Shown here one piece after another: positions 43,159 to 52,249 of a stretch of DNA of 64,000 nt (the first letter of the stretch is position 1; each line of letters starts with the position of its first letter). The position numbers and the translations under genes were made by a program. The stretch lies in IMG/VR virus record IMGVR_UViG_3300021426_000067, one strand, 5' to 3'. The notes under the pieces were generated by a model. It ran no database searches and was not told the DNA's origin. It saw only the letters and a list, made by a program, of their open reading frames with translations. The DNA comes from a virus. Taxonomy: Duplodnaviria; Caudoviricetes.

Positions 43159-45117
43159 TCAGTTTTCAAGGTAATGCTTTATGAAGTCTGCTTCTGATAG
43201 GATTGGTATACCTCGTTGTTTAGCTGCATTATTCTTAGCTGAATTACTATTTACATCATTGTTAATAAGTAAATCAGTTTTTCCTGTAATAGAACTTCCA
43301 ACTTTTCCGCCAGCTTTTTCAATAATAGATTTTAATTTGTCTCTATTTTTAAAATTTGTAAGTTTTCCAGTAATAACAATAATTTTTCCTTGTAAATTAC
43401 TATTTATTAAAGTGTTGTTTACAACAGGGGTTTCAATAATTAAAATTTTAGAAATTCTATCAGCTTCAGAATAATCAAAAGTTTTTAAGAAATTATCCAT
43501 TTCTATGCCGAAATTAGGTAAGTCATAAAAATGATATTCCTTATCTTTTACAGCATTACGGAAATCTTCATAAGTTTTAAATTCTTTAGCTAAATCTGCT
43601 GCAACTGTTTTTCCGATAAAAGGAATACCGATAGCAGAAATAAACGCATTAAGAGTTGTATGTTTATGTTCTTCTATTGATGCAAGAATTTTGTCAACAG
43701 ATTTAGTACCAAAGCCACTTTTATTAATCCATTCATTTCTATGGGCGGCAAGGGTAAAAACATCTTCTATATTATTTACCCAGCCCCAATCAATAAGTTT
43801 TTCAAAAGTTGCTTTTGAAAGTCCTTTTATATCAAGTCCTTTCTTTCCGCAAAAATGGTCAAGTCTATTGATTAACTTACCTCCGCATTGAGGATTAGTA
43901 CAATATAAAACCTCACTATCAATATCTTTTCTTATTTCTGTTGGCTGACCGCAATATGGGCAAATCTTGGGGATTTCAATCATTGGAATATTGTTAGGAT
44001 TATCTTCCTGTGCGCTTTCAACCTGTGGAATAATTTGATTAGCTTTATAAATAAAAACTTTCTGACCAGGATAAGCGCCACCCATAAGCTGTACCATAAC
44101 GCTAATATTATGTAAACTTGCTCTATTACAGATTGCTCCATCAATTTCAATATCTTTATAAATTAAAACAGGAGTAAGCTGTCCAGTTCTTCCCATAGTC
44201 CATTCAATATCTTTGACTTCTGTTTCATAAGATTCATCATAGAATTTATATGCCAAACCGCCCTTGAAGTGGTGGTCTGTGCGGCCTGCCGCCTCATAAT
44301 CTTTAACATTATCATATTTAAATACAACTCCGTCAATAGGGTAGCCTTTCTCTTTTGCTCTATCTTTAATATAAGTTATTGGTATATTAAGAGAATTAGC
44401 TTCTTTAATTTCTTCATCTATAATATAAGGTACTATATTAAAGCCAAGAATTTGTAACCCTATTAATTTAACGAATAATGAAGCCGCCTCTTCTTCTGCT
44501 TCTATTATATCCCAAGCCACAAAAGTTAATTTTCTTTTTTTACATTCTTTTGAATCTAATAATCTTATACTTCCACTTGCAAAATTACGAGGATTTTTAT
44601 AATCTTTTTTAAATGATTCAAAATCTTCATAAGTACAAATAATTTCTCCATCAATGATTAATTCTTTTTTATATTTGATTTCATTAGGGATAGATGAAAT
44701 TACTAAAGCATTATGAGTAACATCTTCCCCTTCTATACCGTTTCCTCTTGTTTCTGCGGAAACCAGTTTTCCATCAACATAGCGTAATGAACAAGTTAAA
44801 CCATCCATTTTTGCCATAGCAATCCATTCATGTCCTTTTATAAAAGATTCTACTTCTTTTATATTTTTTGTTTTATTAAGGGAAAGCATTGGATGATTAT
44901 GTTTAACTTTTTTTAATTCAGAAACTTTTTTAAAATGGATTTTATGAGTAGGAGAATTTTTAAAAAAGAAATCACATTCTTCTTCCAAAGTTTTTAATTC
45001 AAAATAAAGATTATCCCATTCTTCATCTGTCATTGTGGGAGTTCCTTTATCATATTCCTCTGTTGCTTTATTTAATAAAATTGTTAATTCTTTAATTCTT
45101 AAAATTCGTTTATCCAT
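43159..45117 (-). CDS. ligA: NAD-dependent DNA ligase
   Basis: HPMLSL, KMDG, TRGNG, NPRN, DGVV, GRTG, Zn finger, BRCT. Confidence 0.95.
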   Translation of the reverse strand: MDKRILRIKELTILLNKATEEYDKGTPTMTDEEWDNLYFELKTLEEECDFFFKNSPTHKIHFKKVSELKKVKHNHPMLSLNKTKNIKEVESFIKGHEWIAMAKMDGLTCSLRYVDGKLVSAETRGNGIEGEDVTHNALVISSIPNEIKYKKELIIDGEIICTYEDFESFKKDYKNPRNFASGSIRLLDSKECKKRKLTFVAWDIIEAEEEAASLFVKLIGLQILGFNIVPYIIDEEIKEANSLNIPITYIKDRAKEKGYPIDGVVFKYDNVKDYEAAGRTDHHFKGGLAYKFYDESYETEVKDIEWTMGRTGQLTPVLIYKDIEIDGAICNRASLHNISVMVQLMGGAYPGQKVFIYKANQIIPQVESAQEDNPNNIPMIEIPKICPYCGQPTEIRKDIDSEVLYCTNPQCGGKLINRLDHFCGKKGLDIKGLSKATFEKLIDWGWVNNIEDVFTLAAHRNEWINKSGFGTKSVDKILASIEEHKHTTLNAFISAIGIPFIGKTVAADLAKEFKTYEDFRNAVKDKEYHFYDLPNFGIEMDNFLKTFDYSEADRISKILIIETPVVNNTLINSNLQGKIIVITGKLTNFKNRDKLKSIIEKAGGKVGSSITGKTDLLINNDVNSNSAKNNAAKQRGIPILSEADFIKHYLEN

Positions 45118-45193
45118 TATTTTCTCCTTTTTTTATATAAAAATATTATAACATATTTTTTATAAAAAATCAAAAAAGAGGGGCGACCCCTCT

Positions 45194-47539
45194 TTAAAAT
45201 TTTACAACAGAGGAAATATTAGATTTTATCATAATATTTCCATAACTGGTTCTGGTTAATAAAGGTAAATCTGATGCGGTAATACATATAGAATTAGGCT
45301 GGCCTGTAAGAAGAACTGTATCAGAGTTAGATACGACAAAGGCTCCCGCAATATTTCCATAAACTACGCTTGGTTTATAAATTACAAGACCTTTTCCGCC
45401 ACGTCCTTGTACATTAAATTCTTTAACAGAAGTCTTTTTACCATATCCTTTTGTTGAAAATATAGCAATCTGATCTTTATCAGAAGAGATAGGGAGTCCA
45501 ACAACAACCTCGTCATCTTCATCTAATTTAATAGTTTTTACTCCTGCCGCAACTCTGCCAATAGGATTGACATTTTTACTTTCAAAATGAATTGACATTC
45601 CATTCTTAGTAATAACTAAAATATTTTCTTCATTGATAAATTCTACATTTGCAATAGAATCACCTTCATTAATTTTAATTGCCGCAATTCCCGTACTTCT
45701 TTTTACTTTTGTATATTCTTCAAGATAGGTTTTTTTCATTAAACCTTTTTTAGTAAAGAATACAACATATTTAGCAGTATTGCTTCTGGCAAGAGAGGTG
45801 ATAGCAATAACTTCATCATTTTCATCCATATGAATTAATGTACCCACATGAGTTCCTTTTGAAGCATTTGTTCCAACCGGCACTTCATCTACGATAATTT
45901 TATACATCTTACCTTTTTTAGTAAAAAGAAGAAGATTATCAATAGTATTAGTAGAAATGGTAGACATTACTACATCATCTTTTGTTTTTATGCCTTTCCC
46001 ATTTTTGCGCTGTACCTTAAAAGATTTTGTAGGTACACGTTTAATATCACCAGATTGAGACAATATAACAACGCAATCTTCTGGAACAACTTCTTCAATT
46101 TTTTTCTCTTCAGGTTTGATGTCAATATGAGTTAATTCAGTGCGGCGAGCATCTCCATATTTGTTAACCAGTCCTTGAAGCCGTACTTTAAGAATTCCGA
46201 TTTGCTCATCTCGACTATCTAAAATCTGATTAAGCATAAAAATTTTATCTTTTAAATCTTCGGCTTCTTTTTCTAATTCAACTTTTTCAAGTTTTGCAAG
46301 AGAAGAAAGTCTCATAGCTAAAATTGCTTTAGCTTGATTTTCTGTGAACTGATATTTTTTAATTAATGCTTCTTTTGCGGCAGCCGCACTTTCAGAACTT
46401 TTAATCAGCGCTATAATGTTGTCAATATCTTCGAGTGCCCGCAGTAAACCATTAACAATTTCAAGTCTATCAATAGCTTTGTTTAAATCAAATTGAATTT
46501 CTCTTACAATACAATTAATATTAAAATCAACATAAACTTTGATACAATCTTTAAGATTTAGTTCAGTTGGTACTTTATCAATAAGAGCAACTTGATTATA
46601 ACTAAATGAACTTTGAAGATTTGTTTTTGAAAATAACTTATTTACGATACTGATGGGATTAATTTTTTTATCACATTCAATAACAATTCTAATACCTTTT
46701 TTATTAGATTCGTCACGAATATTCTCAATTCCTTCAATTTCTTTTGAATCAGCAACTTCGCCAATTTCTGCCATTAATCCTTCAACAGTAGTTCCATAAG
46801 GAATCTCAGTAAAGATAATTTTTCGTTTATCAATTTCATACTTACCGCGGACTTTTACACTTCCATGGCCAGTTCTCATAATAGTTGGAATATCTTTTGA
46901 ATTAATAATAATTCCACCCGTAGGAAAATCTGGTCCAGGAAGCATCGGTTCTTCTCCCGCTAAATATTGATTAATTGCGGCAGCTACTTCATTTAAATTA
47001 TGGGGTGCCCATGAGCAAGCCATAGCCACACCAATTCCGCTGTTAGGATTACAAAGTAAATTTGGGAAGATGCTTGGTAATGAAATTGGTTCTTCTGTTG
47101 TTTCATCATAGTTTGGAAGGAAATCAACATTATTTTTCTTTATACCTTGAAGTAATCCATCTTCAGCAAGTTTACTCAATCGACATTCAGTATAACGCAT
47201 GTGAGCAGGTCCATCGCCAATAATATTACCATTATTCCCATGAAAATCAATTAATGGATAACGCATAATCCAATTTTGTGATAACCGCACTAACGCGCCA
47301 TAGATAGATGAATCTCCATGTGGATGATATGTACCCATAATATCACCCACAAGTTTAGCTGCTTTTACATGAGGTTTTTTTGATACACATTTAGTTTTAT
47401 CTTCAGCTCCCCATAAAATGCGTTTAGCAACTGGTTTAAGACCATCTTTAGCATTAGGTATAGCACGGTCAGTATTCACGGCAACCGCATATTCTATAAA
47501 ATTTGTTCCTAATTCTTTTGTTAAATCATTCTGCATCAT
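45194..47539 (-). CDS. gyrA: DNA gyrase subunit A
   Basis: DGLKPV, YHPHGD, AHMRYTE, GPDFPTGG, beta-pinwheel repeats with QRKNGKG. Confidence 0.92.
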   Translation of the reverse strand: MMQNDLTKELGTNFIEYAVAVNTDRAIPNAKDGLKPVAKRILWGAEDKTKCVSKKPHVKAAKLVGDIMGTYHPHGDSSIYGALVRLSQNWIMRYPLIDFHGNNGNIIGDGPAHMRYTECRLSKLAEDGLLQGIKKNNVDFLPNYDETTEEPISLPSIFPNLLCNPNSGIGVAMACSWAPHNLNEVAAAINQYLAGEEPMLPGPDFPTGGIIINSKDIPTIMRTGHGSVKVRGKYEIDKRKIIFTEIPYGTTVEGLMAEIGEVADSKEIEGIENIRDESNKKGIRIVIECDKKINPISIVNKLFSKTNLQSSFSYNQVALIDKVPTELNLKDCIKVYVDFNINCIVREIQFDLNKAIDRLEIVNGLLRALEDIDNIIALIKSSESAAAAKEALIKKYQFTENQAKAILAMRLSSLAKLEKVELEKEAEDLKDKIFMLNQILDSRDEQIGILKVRLQGLVNKYGDARRTELTHIDIKPEEKKIEEVVPEDCVVILSQSGDIKRVPTKSFKVQRKNGKGIKTKDDVVMSTISTNTIDNLLLFTKKGKMYKIIVDEVPVGTNASKGTHVGTLIHMDENDEVIAITSLARSNTAKYVVFFTKKGLMKKTYLEEYTKVKRSTGIAAIKINEGDSIANVEFINEENILVITKNGMSIHFESKNVNPIGRVAAGVKTIKLDEDDEVVVGLPISSDKDQIAIFSTKGYGKKTSVKEFNVQGRGGKGLVIYKPSVVYGNIAGAFVVSNSDTVLLTGQPNSICITASDLPLLTRTSYGNIMIKSNISSVVKF

Positions 47540-47780
47540 TTATAACCTCATAATTTACTTCTAAAGGAGCACCCCAATCTTCTATCCTATAATCATCTAT
47601 AATTAAATCTAAATCGCATAAAAGATCTTCTTCATCAAGAAATTTCATAGAATTTTCTTTTAATCTTTGAAGTTCCTCTTCTGTTAATTCTAAAATACCT
47701 TCTTTATGTCCATAACGTAAATACCCAAAAACATAATCTAATGGAATATTAAATTTTACTTTTATTGTTTTATTCTGCAT
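47526..47780 (-). CDS. hypothetical protein between gyrB and gyrA
   Basis: GYLRYGHKEG; overlaps both gyrase genes. Confidence 0.6.
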   Translation of the reverse strand: MQNKTIKVKFNIPLDYVFGYLRYGHKEGILELTEEELQRLKENSMKFLDEEDLLCDLDLIIDDYRIEDWGAPLEVNYEVINDAE

Positions 47781-49686
47781 TATATGTAGCCTCCGCACTA
47801 TGTTCTTTAATATATCTTTTTCTTGGCATAACTAAATTACCCATTAAATCATTAAAAAGTTTATTAGCCGCTGTAACATCTTCAACAGTAATTTGTTTAA
47901 TAATTCTGTTATTTGGATCTGTAAGAGTTTCTTCAATCTCTTCAACGTCCATTTCACCAAGACCTTTCATACGACCAATCTGACTTGTTTTTCCCCTATT
48001 TTCTTTTTGAAACTCAGCTAATGCTTCATCATTTTTAAGATATTTATAGCCTTTATTTGCAGCAAGAGTAACTTTATAAAGAGGGGGAACGCCTGCATAA
48101 ACATATCCATCTTTAACTAAATCTGGACAAAAGTTCCATATAAACGTATAGAAAAGATTTTTAATATGTGCTCCGTCAACATCTGCATCTGACATAATAA
48201 TTATCTTACCATATCGGACTTGATGATAATTTACTTTTAAAGTTTTAGGATCAATAGACCAGTCTCCAGGTCCAAAGAAAGCATCACACATTGTCATAAT
48301 TTCTGCATTTTTTTGAATTTGTGCAAAAGTAGCTTTCTGTGTATTAAGGATTTTACCACGAACAGGAATAACTGCCTGAAATTCATTATCACGAGCAAGT
48401 TTTAACATACCTGCCGCACTATCTCCCTCAACGACATAAACTTCACATTTATCTCTTCTTTCAGAATAACAATCCGCAAGTTTAGTGTCAAATTTAAGTG
48501 CTTTTTGTTTCTTTTTATTCTGTTCTCTTGCTTTATCTCTTGCTTTCTTCGCGGCGTCTCGTGCTTTACGTGCGGCAGCCGCCTTCTCAAAAATTAATTT
48601 TACTTCTTTTTCATTATTATTAAACCAAATATTTAAATTTGTGCTTAATGCAGAAGTAAAAGGAGTCATATCAATTTTTGTAACTCTGCTTTTGACCTGG
48701 GCATCATATCCTACATTTGGGGCTGTAATATTAAATACTACATACATTCCCTCTTGAATATCATCACCAGTTAAATTTGCATCTTTTTCTTTTAACCATT
48801 TTTTCTCTTTAAAGAATTTATTAAATTCCCTTGTAATAACAGTTTTAATCTGAGTGATATGTGGTCCAGATTCAGTCAAGCCTGTATTGACATAGGGAAC
48901 AATAGTAGAAGAATAATTGCTTGTATATGTGAAAGCCATATCAAGTTTATTTTTACCTTCTGAAAAATTCATTGAAAAACGATTATCAAGAAGTTCTGCA
49001 TTTTTATTTACAACATTATTTATTAAGTCATGGATACCATTTACAGAAACAAAAATGATTGGTGCTTCATTATTATATTGTAAATTGATAGTTAATCCAG
49101 GGCATAAACTTACAATAGTTTGAAATAAATCTTTAATTTTATTTATTTCGACTTCTGTATGTGTAAAAAATTCTCCTGAAGGTTTCCATTCAACAAGAGT
49201 ACCAGAAACACCTCCCGCACCAGTTGTTCTATTAGAAAAAACACCTTCTTCAAAATATACTTCTTCCCATTGTGAATCTCTCATTGTTTTAACTCTTAAC
49301 CAATGAGAAAGAAAAGTAGTAATTTTAGAACCAATACCAAAAGAACCTAATGAAGTTCCTTCATAAGTTCCATCTTCTCGATATTTACCTGATGTATTTA
49401 ATACACTGAAAGCTGCTTCAAGAATAGTTTTTCCATCTTCTCTAAATGAATTTGGAATAAAACCTTGTCCATAATCTCGGACTGCAACCATATCTCCAAT
49501 TATTGTTACATCAATTTTATTTCCATGTCCAAGTCGATATTCATCAACTGCATTAGAAATAATTTCAACTAACAACTGAGTTGAATATGTACAATCACCG
49601 GCATATACTTGAGGACGAAGTCTTGTAAATTCAAGAGGACTTAAACTTTCAATACTCTCTTCTGTATATAAATGTTTATCGTTCAT
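47770..49686 (-). CDS. gyrB: DNA gyrase subunit B
   Basis: EIISNAVDE, VEGDSA, PVRGKILN, MSDADVDG, KGLGEM. Confidence 0.92.
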   Translation of the reverse strand: MNDKHLYTEESIESLSPLEFTRLRPQVYAGDCTYSTQLLVEIISNAVDEYRLGHGNKIDVTIIGDMVAVRDYGQGFIPNSFREDGKTILEAAFSVLNTSGKYREDGTYEGTSLGSFGIGSKITTFLSHWLRVKTMRDSQWEEVYFEEGVFSNRTTGAGGVSGTLVEWKPSGEFFTHTEVEINKIKDLFQTIVSLCPGLTINLQYNNEAPIIFVSVNGIHDLINNVVNKNAELLDNRFSMNFSEGKNKLDMAFTYTSNYSSTIVPYVNTGLTESGPHITQIKTVITREFNKFFKEKKWLKEKDANLTGDDIQEGMYVVFNITAPNVGYDAQVKSRVTKIDMTPFTSALSTNLNIWFNNNEKEVKLIFEKAAAARKARDAAKKARDKAREQNKKKQKALKFDTKLADCYSERRDKCEVYVVEGDSAAGMLKLARDNEFQAVIPVRGKILNTQKATFAQIQKNAEIMTMCDAFFGPGDWSIDPKTLKVNYHQVRYGKIIIMSDADVDGAHIKNLFYTFIWNFCPDLVKDGYVYAGVPPLYKVTLAANKGYKYLKNDEALAEFQKENRGKTSQIGRMKGLGEMDVEEIEETLTDPNNRIIKQITVEDVTAANKLFNDLMGNLVMPRKRYIKEHSAEATYNAE

Positions 49687-49754
49687 ATTTTTTACCTTTC
49701 ATTTTTTATTATATAATAATATTATAACAAATTTTTTTAATTTTAGCAAATTTT

Positions 49755-50258
49755 TTACGAGAGCTTAATCTGAATATGGTTCTTTAATATAAGATTTGAA
49801 AATTTTTGCTTGTCTGCCGCGGCAAGAGCATCAGCCAATTCATTCCCTATAATTCCTTTATGTCCTTCAACTTTGACAATATAAATTTGATTAATGAAAA
49901 ATTTTATATTATAATATTCATATAGGGATAATATAATATCCAGATTTTTTACAGTTTTGTTTTTACTATTCTTCCAGTCATTTTGACTCCAAGAATAAAT
50001 CCAAGAAGTGAGGATATTTATACAATATGCAGAATCAGAATAAATTGTAGCTTGTTCATTTTTATATTTAGAATTTAATAATTCAAATGTTTTTAGAAAT
50101 GCTTTTAATTCCATTTGATTATTTGTTACATTATCAAATTGTTCAGAATAAGCATCAATTAAATTGCGGTTTTCATCAAATATTATTATACCATAGCCGC
50201 CCTTTGAATTATTTTTACCATTCCCGCGACAAGAACCATCTATATAAATATATAACAT
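49755..50258 (-). CDS. rnhA: ribonuclease HI
   Basis: IDGSC.GNG, TNNQMEL, SDSAY, V.GH.GI.GNELAD. Confidence 0.92.
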   Translation of the reverse strand: MLYIYIDGSCRGNGKNNSKGGYGIIIFDENRNLIDAYSEQFDNVTNNQMELKAFLKTFELLNSKYKNEQATIYSDSAYCINILTSWIYSWSQNDWKNSKNKTVKNLDIILSLYEYYNIKFFINQIYIVKVEGHKGIIGNELADALAAADKQKFSNLILKNHIQIKLS

Positions 50259-50288
50259 ATTATAATCTCCTTGATATTTTTATAGTAT

Positions 50289-50317
50289 ATTATATAATAA
50301 AATCTTATTTTTGTCAA
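50289..50317 (-). promoter_or_regulatory. sigmaA-type promoter
   Basis: TTGACA-17-TATAAT upstream of rnhA. Confidence 0.7.
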
Positions 50318-50380
50318 ATAGAGACAAAAAAATAGGTATTTTAATAGCTTTAGCTATTAAAATACCTATACAGTTTGTTT

Positions 50381-50647
50381 TTATTTTTTAGGCTTTTGAT
50401 ATGTCATAGCCTGGGCACTATCAGTAACTCCTGCTGTTGTAGGGTCATTAAGTGCGTTCCATACTGATACAGCAATTAAACCAAGCACATAGGGATTACT
50501 TAAAGCTCCCATTAAAAGGTTGCCAAGTGCTCCCCAAGTTGTAAGATCTTGAAGAGTTAATCCCGCATATGCGAGAATTGGAGTTAAGATAGCAAGGATA
50601 AGTTGAACAATAAAAACAGGATTTCTAAATCTGACTTTTAGATTCAT
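50381..50647 (-). CDS. holin (phi LC3-like)
   Basis: MNLKVRFRNP, two hydrophobic helices, DPTTAGVTDS..A..Y..P. Confidence 0.85.
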   Translation of the reverse strand: MNLKVRFRNPVFIVQLILAILTPILAYAGLTLQDLTTWGALGNLLMGALSNPYVLGLIAVSVWNALNDPTTAGVTDSAQAMTYQKPKK

Positions 50648-50702
50648 ATATATACCTCCATTCAACAATAAAAAAACATTCCTTAGAGATTTGATTCTCT
50701 AA

Positions 50703-50744
50703 GGAATATAAAAAATAGAAGTATATAATTATTCATTTTTGTCC
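50703..50744 (-). promoter_or_regulatory. putative phage late-promoter motif
   Basis: GGAC-N9-TAA-N13-TTTTTTATAT upstream of the holin. Confidence 0.55.
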
Positions 50745-51227
50745 AAAATCCACCATCATCCGCAGTCCTTCTTTACTATTGTATTTAAAGATGTTATCAA
50801 AGCCTTCTTTAAAAGAAGGTTCAACAAGCTGAGTAAACATACGGCGAATAGTGCCTCTGGGGACATATGCGCGAGTTCCTTTGCGTTTTTCATTTCTCTC
50901 TAAACAAGTTTCAAGATCTTCATCAATAAGAACAATATTGAGTTTAGCATATCCTGTAACGTGTTGAATGAACCATTTTCTGGATCTTGGAGTAAGAGAT
51001 GTCTGATCTGCTACAACATGATTTCCTTTAGCAAGATTATCATTAATCTGTTTCCAAAATTCTTTAGTAACTTCATCTTCCCGTGAAAAATAATCCTCAT
51101 CAGGTGATACTAAAGAAAAACGAATTTTATCACGAGAAATTACTGAAACAGCTTGATTAAAATTTTCTTCAATAAAAGTTGATTTTCCTGCGCCAGGACA
51201 ACCACACATTAAGTATAAGTTAGCCAT
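50733..51227 (-). CDS. P-loop kinase (polynucleotide-kinase/AAA_33-like)
   Basis: GCPGAGKST, ISRD.IR, DQT.L, RN..R. Confidence 0.8.
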   Translation of the reverse strand: MANLYLMCGCPGAGKSTFIEENFNQAVSVISRDKIRFSLVSPDEDYFSREDEVTKEFWKQINDNLAKGNHVVADQTSLTPRSRKWFIQHVTGYAKLNIVLIDEDLETCLERNEKRKGTRAYVPRGTIRRMFTQLVEPSFKEGFDNIFKYNSKEGLRMMVDFGQK

Positions 51228-51495
51228 TATAATTTTCCTTTCTAAGAGTTTTTAAAGGTTTTATTCTATTGCCATCTTTATCAAAATTATGATGCTCCAT
51301 TTCATATTTAAAATCTTCATAAGTATAATTTGAATAAGGCTTTACTTCAGCGTGATTCCAAAGTTTCCCACAATATACACAATAAAGTTTTTTTAAATGT
51401 CCATCCTCGCGGGAATGGGATTTTTTTCTACAGATTGGTAATCCCTCTTTTCCGCAGTTACAGCAATACATTTTTGAAATTGTAAAATTACTCAT
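51220..51495 (-). CDS. Zn-finger hypothetical protein
   Basis: CCNCG...HLKKLYCVYC...NH.E. Confidence 0.65.
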   Translation of the reverse strand: MSNFTISKMYCCNCGKEGLPICRKKSHSREDGHLKKLYCVYCGKLWNHAEVKPYSNYTYEDFKYEMEHHNFDKDGNRIKPLKTLRKENYNG

Positions 51496-51721
51496 TAGAT
51501 GTATTCATTACCTCCTTTAAGAAATAAAGAGATTTAGCAAAATCTTTTATATCGTCTAAAATAAATTCATCCTCAATATAGAATACATCTCTATGATATT
51601 TGTCATAATACCAACCTTGGAAATTTATGATAAATTGTCCAAACCGCCAGTCAGGAAAATAGGTTCTATGAATTTCTTTTAATGTTTCATAAAAAGTATC
51701 TAATCTATTAGGGTCTCTCAT
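51488..51721 (-). CDS. conserved phage hypothetical protein
   Basis: MRDPNR...PDWRFGQ...FY.ED. Confidence 0.7.
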   Translation of the reverse strand: MRDPNRLDTFYETLKEIHRTYFPDWRFGQFIINFQGWYYDKYHRDVFYIEDEFILDDIKDFAKSLYFLKEVMNTSNE

Positions 51722-51822
51722 AATATCACTCTCCTTTTGTTTTTTAACTTTTAAATATTTTTATTTCTCATTTCTATAAAAATTATAACAAAATTTTTAT
51801 AAAATATCAAAAAATTCTTTGT

Positions 51823-51864
51823 GGTCAAGATATAATAATTAAAATAAATAAATTTTTAATATAA
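51823..51864 (+). promoter_or_regulatory. putative phage late-promoter motif
   Basis: GGTC-N9-TAA-N13-ATTTTTAATATAA upstream of the tail operon. Confidence 0.55.
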
Positions 51865-51936
51865 GTATGGAAAGAAAATTTTTAAATGAAACTATTGAGG
51901 TTTCTTATTGTTTTTATAAAATGGAGGAAAAATATT

Positions 51937-52218
51937 ATGTTAAATGGAAGAGTAGGGCAAGTAGTTGGCCCATTTGAAGCAGGAGTAGATTTATTAGATA
52001 GTGATGCTCCTATTGGTGCGTATACACCTGAAACTTCAAGACCTATTATTTATAAATTAGGTATTCAGGCGGCAGAGGGTACTGAAGTAAAAATTAATAA
52101 AGCAACCATTAAAATTGGTAAAACAGGCATTTATGAATTGGATAATGTTGTTGATGTATATCGTTTAATTTTCCCGAATGGAGCAGATTCAGATACTCTT
52201 GTTGATTTTGTATATTAA
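51937..52218 (+). CDS. small tail-associated hypothetical protein
   Basis: GGAGG RBS before ATG 51937; KLGIQ, IG.TGIYEL, VDFVY. Confidence 0.65.
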   Translation: MLNGRVGQVVGPFEAGVDLLDSDAPIGAYTPETSRPIIYKLGIQAAEGTEVKINKATIKIGKTGIYELDNVVDVYRLIFPNGADSDTLVDFVY

Positions 52219-52249
52219 TTAACAAAAATCGTAAAGGAGATAAAAGGAT

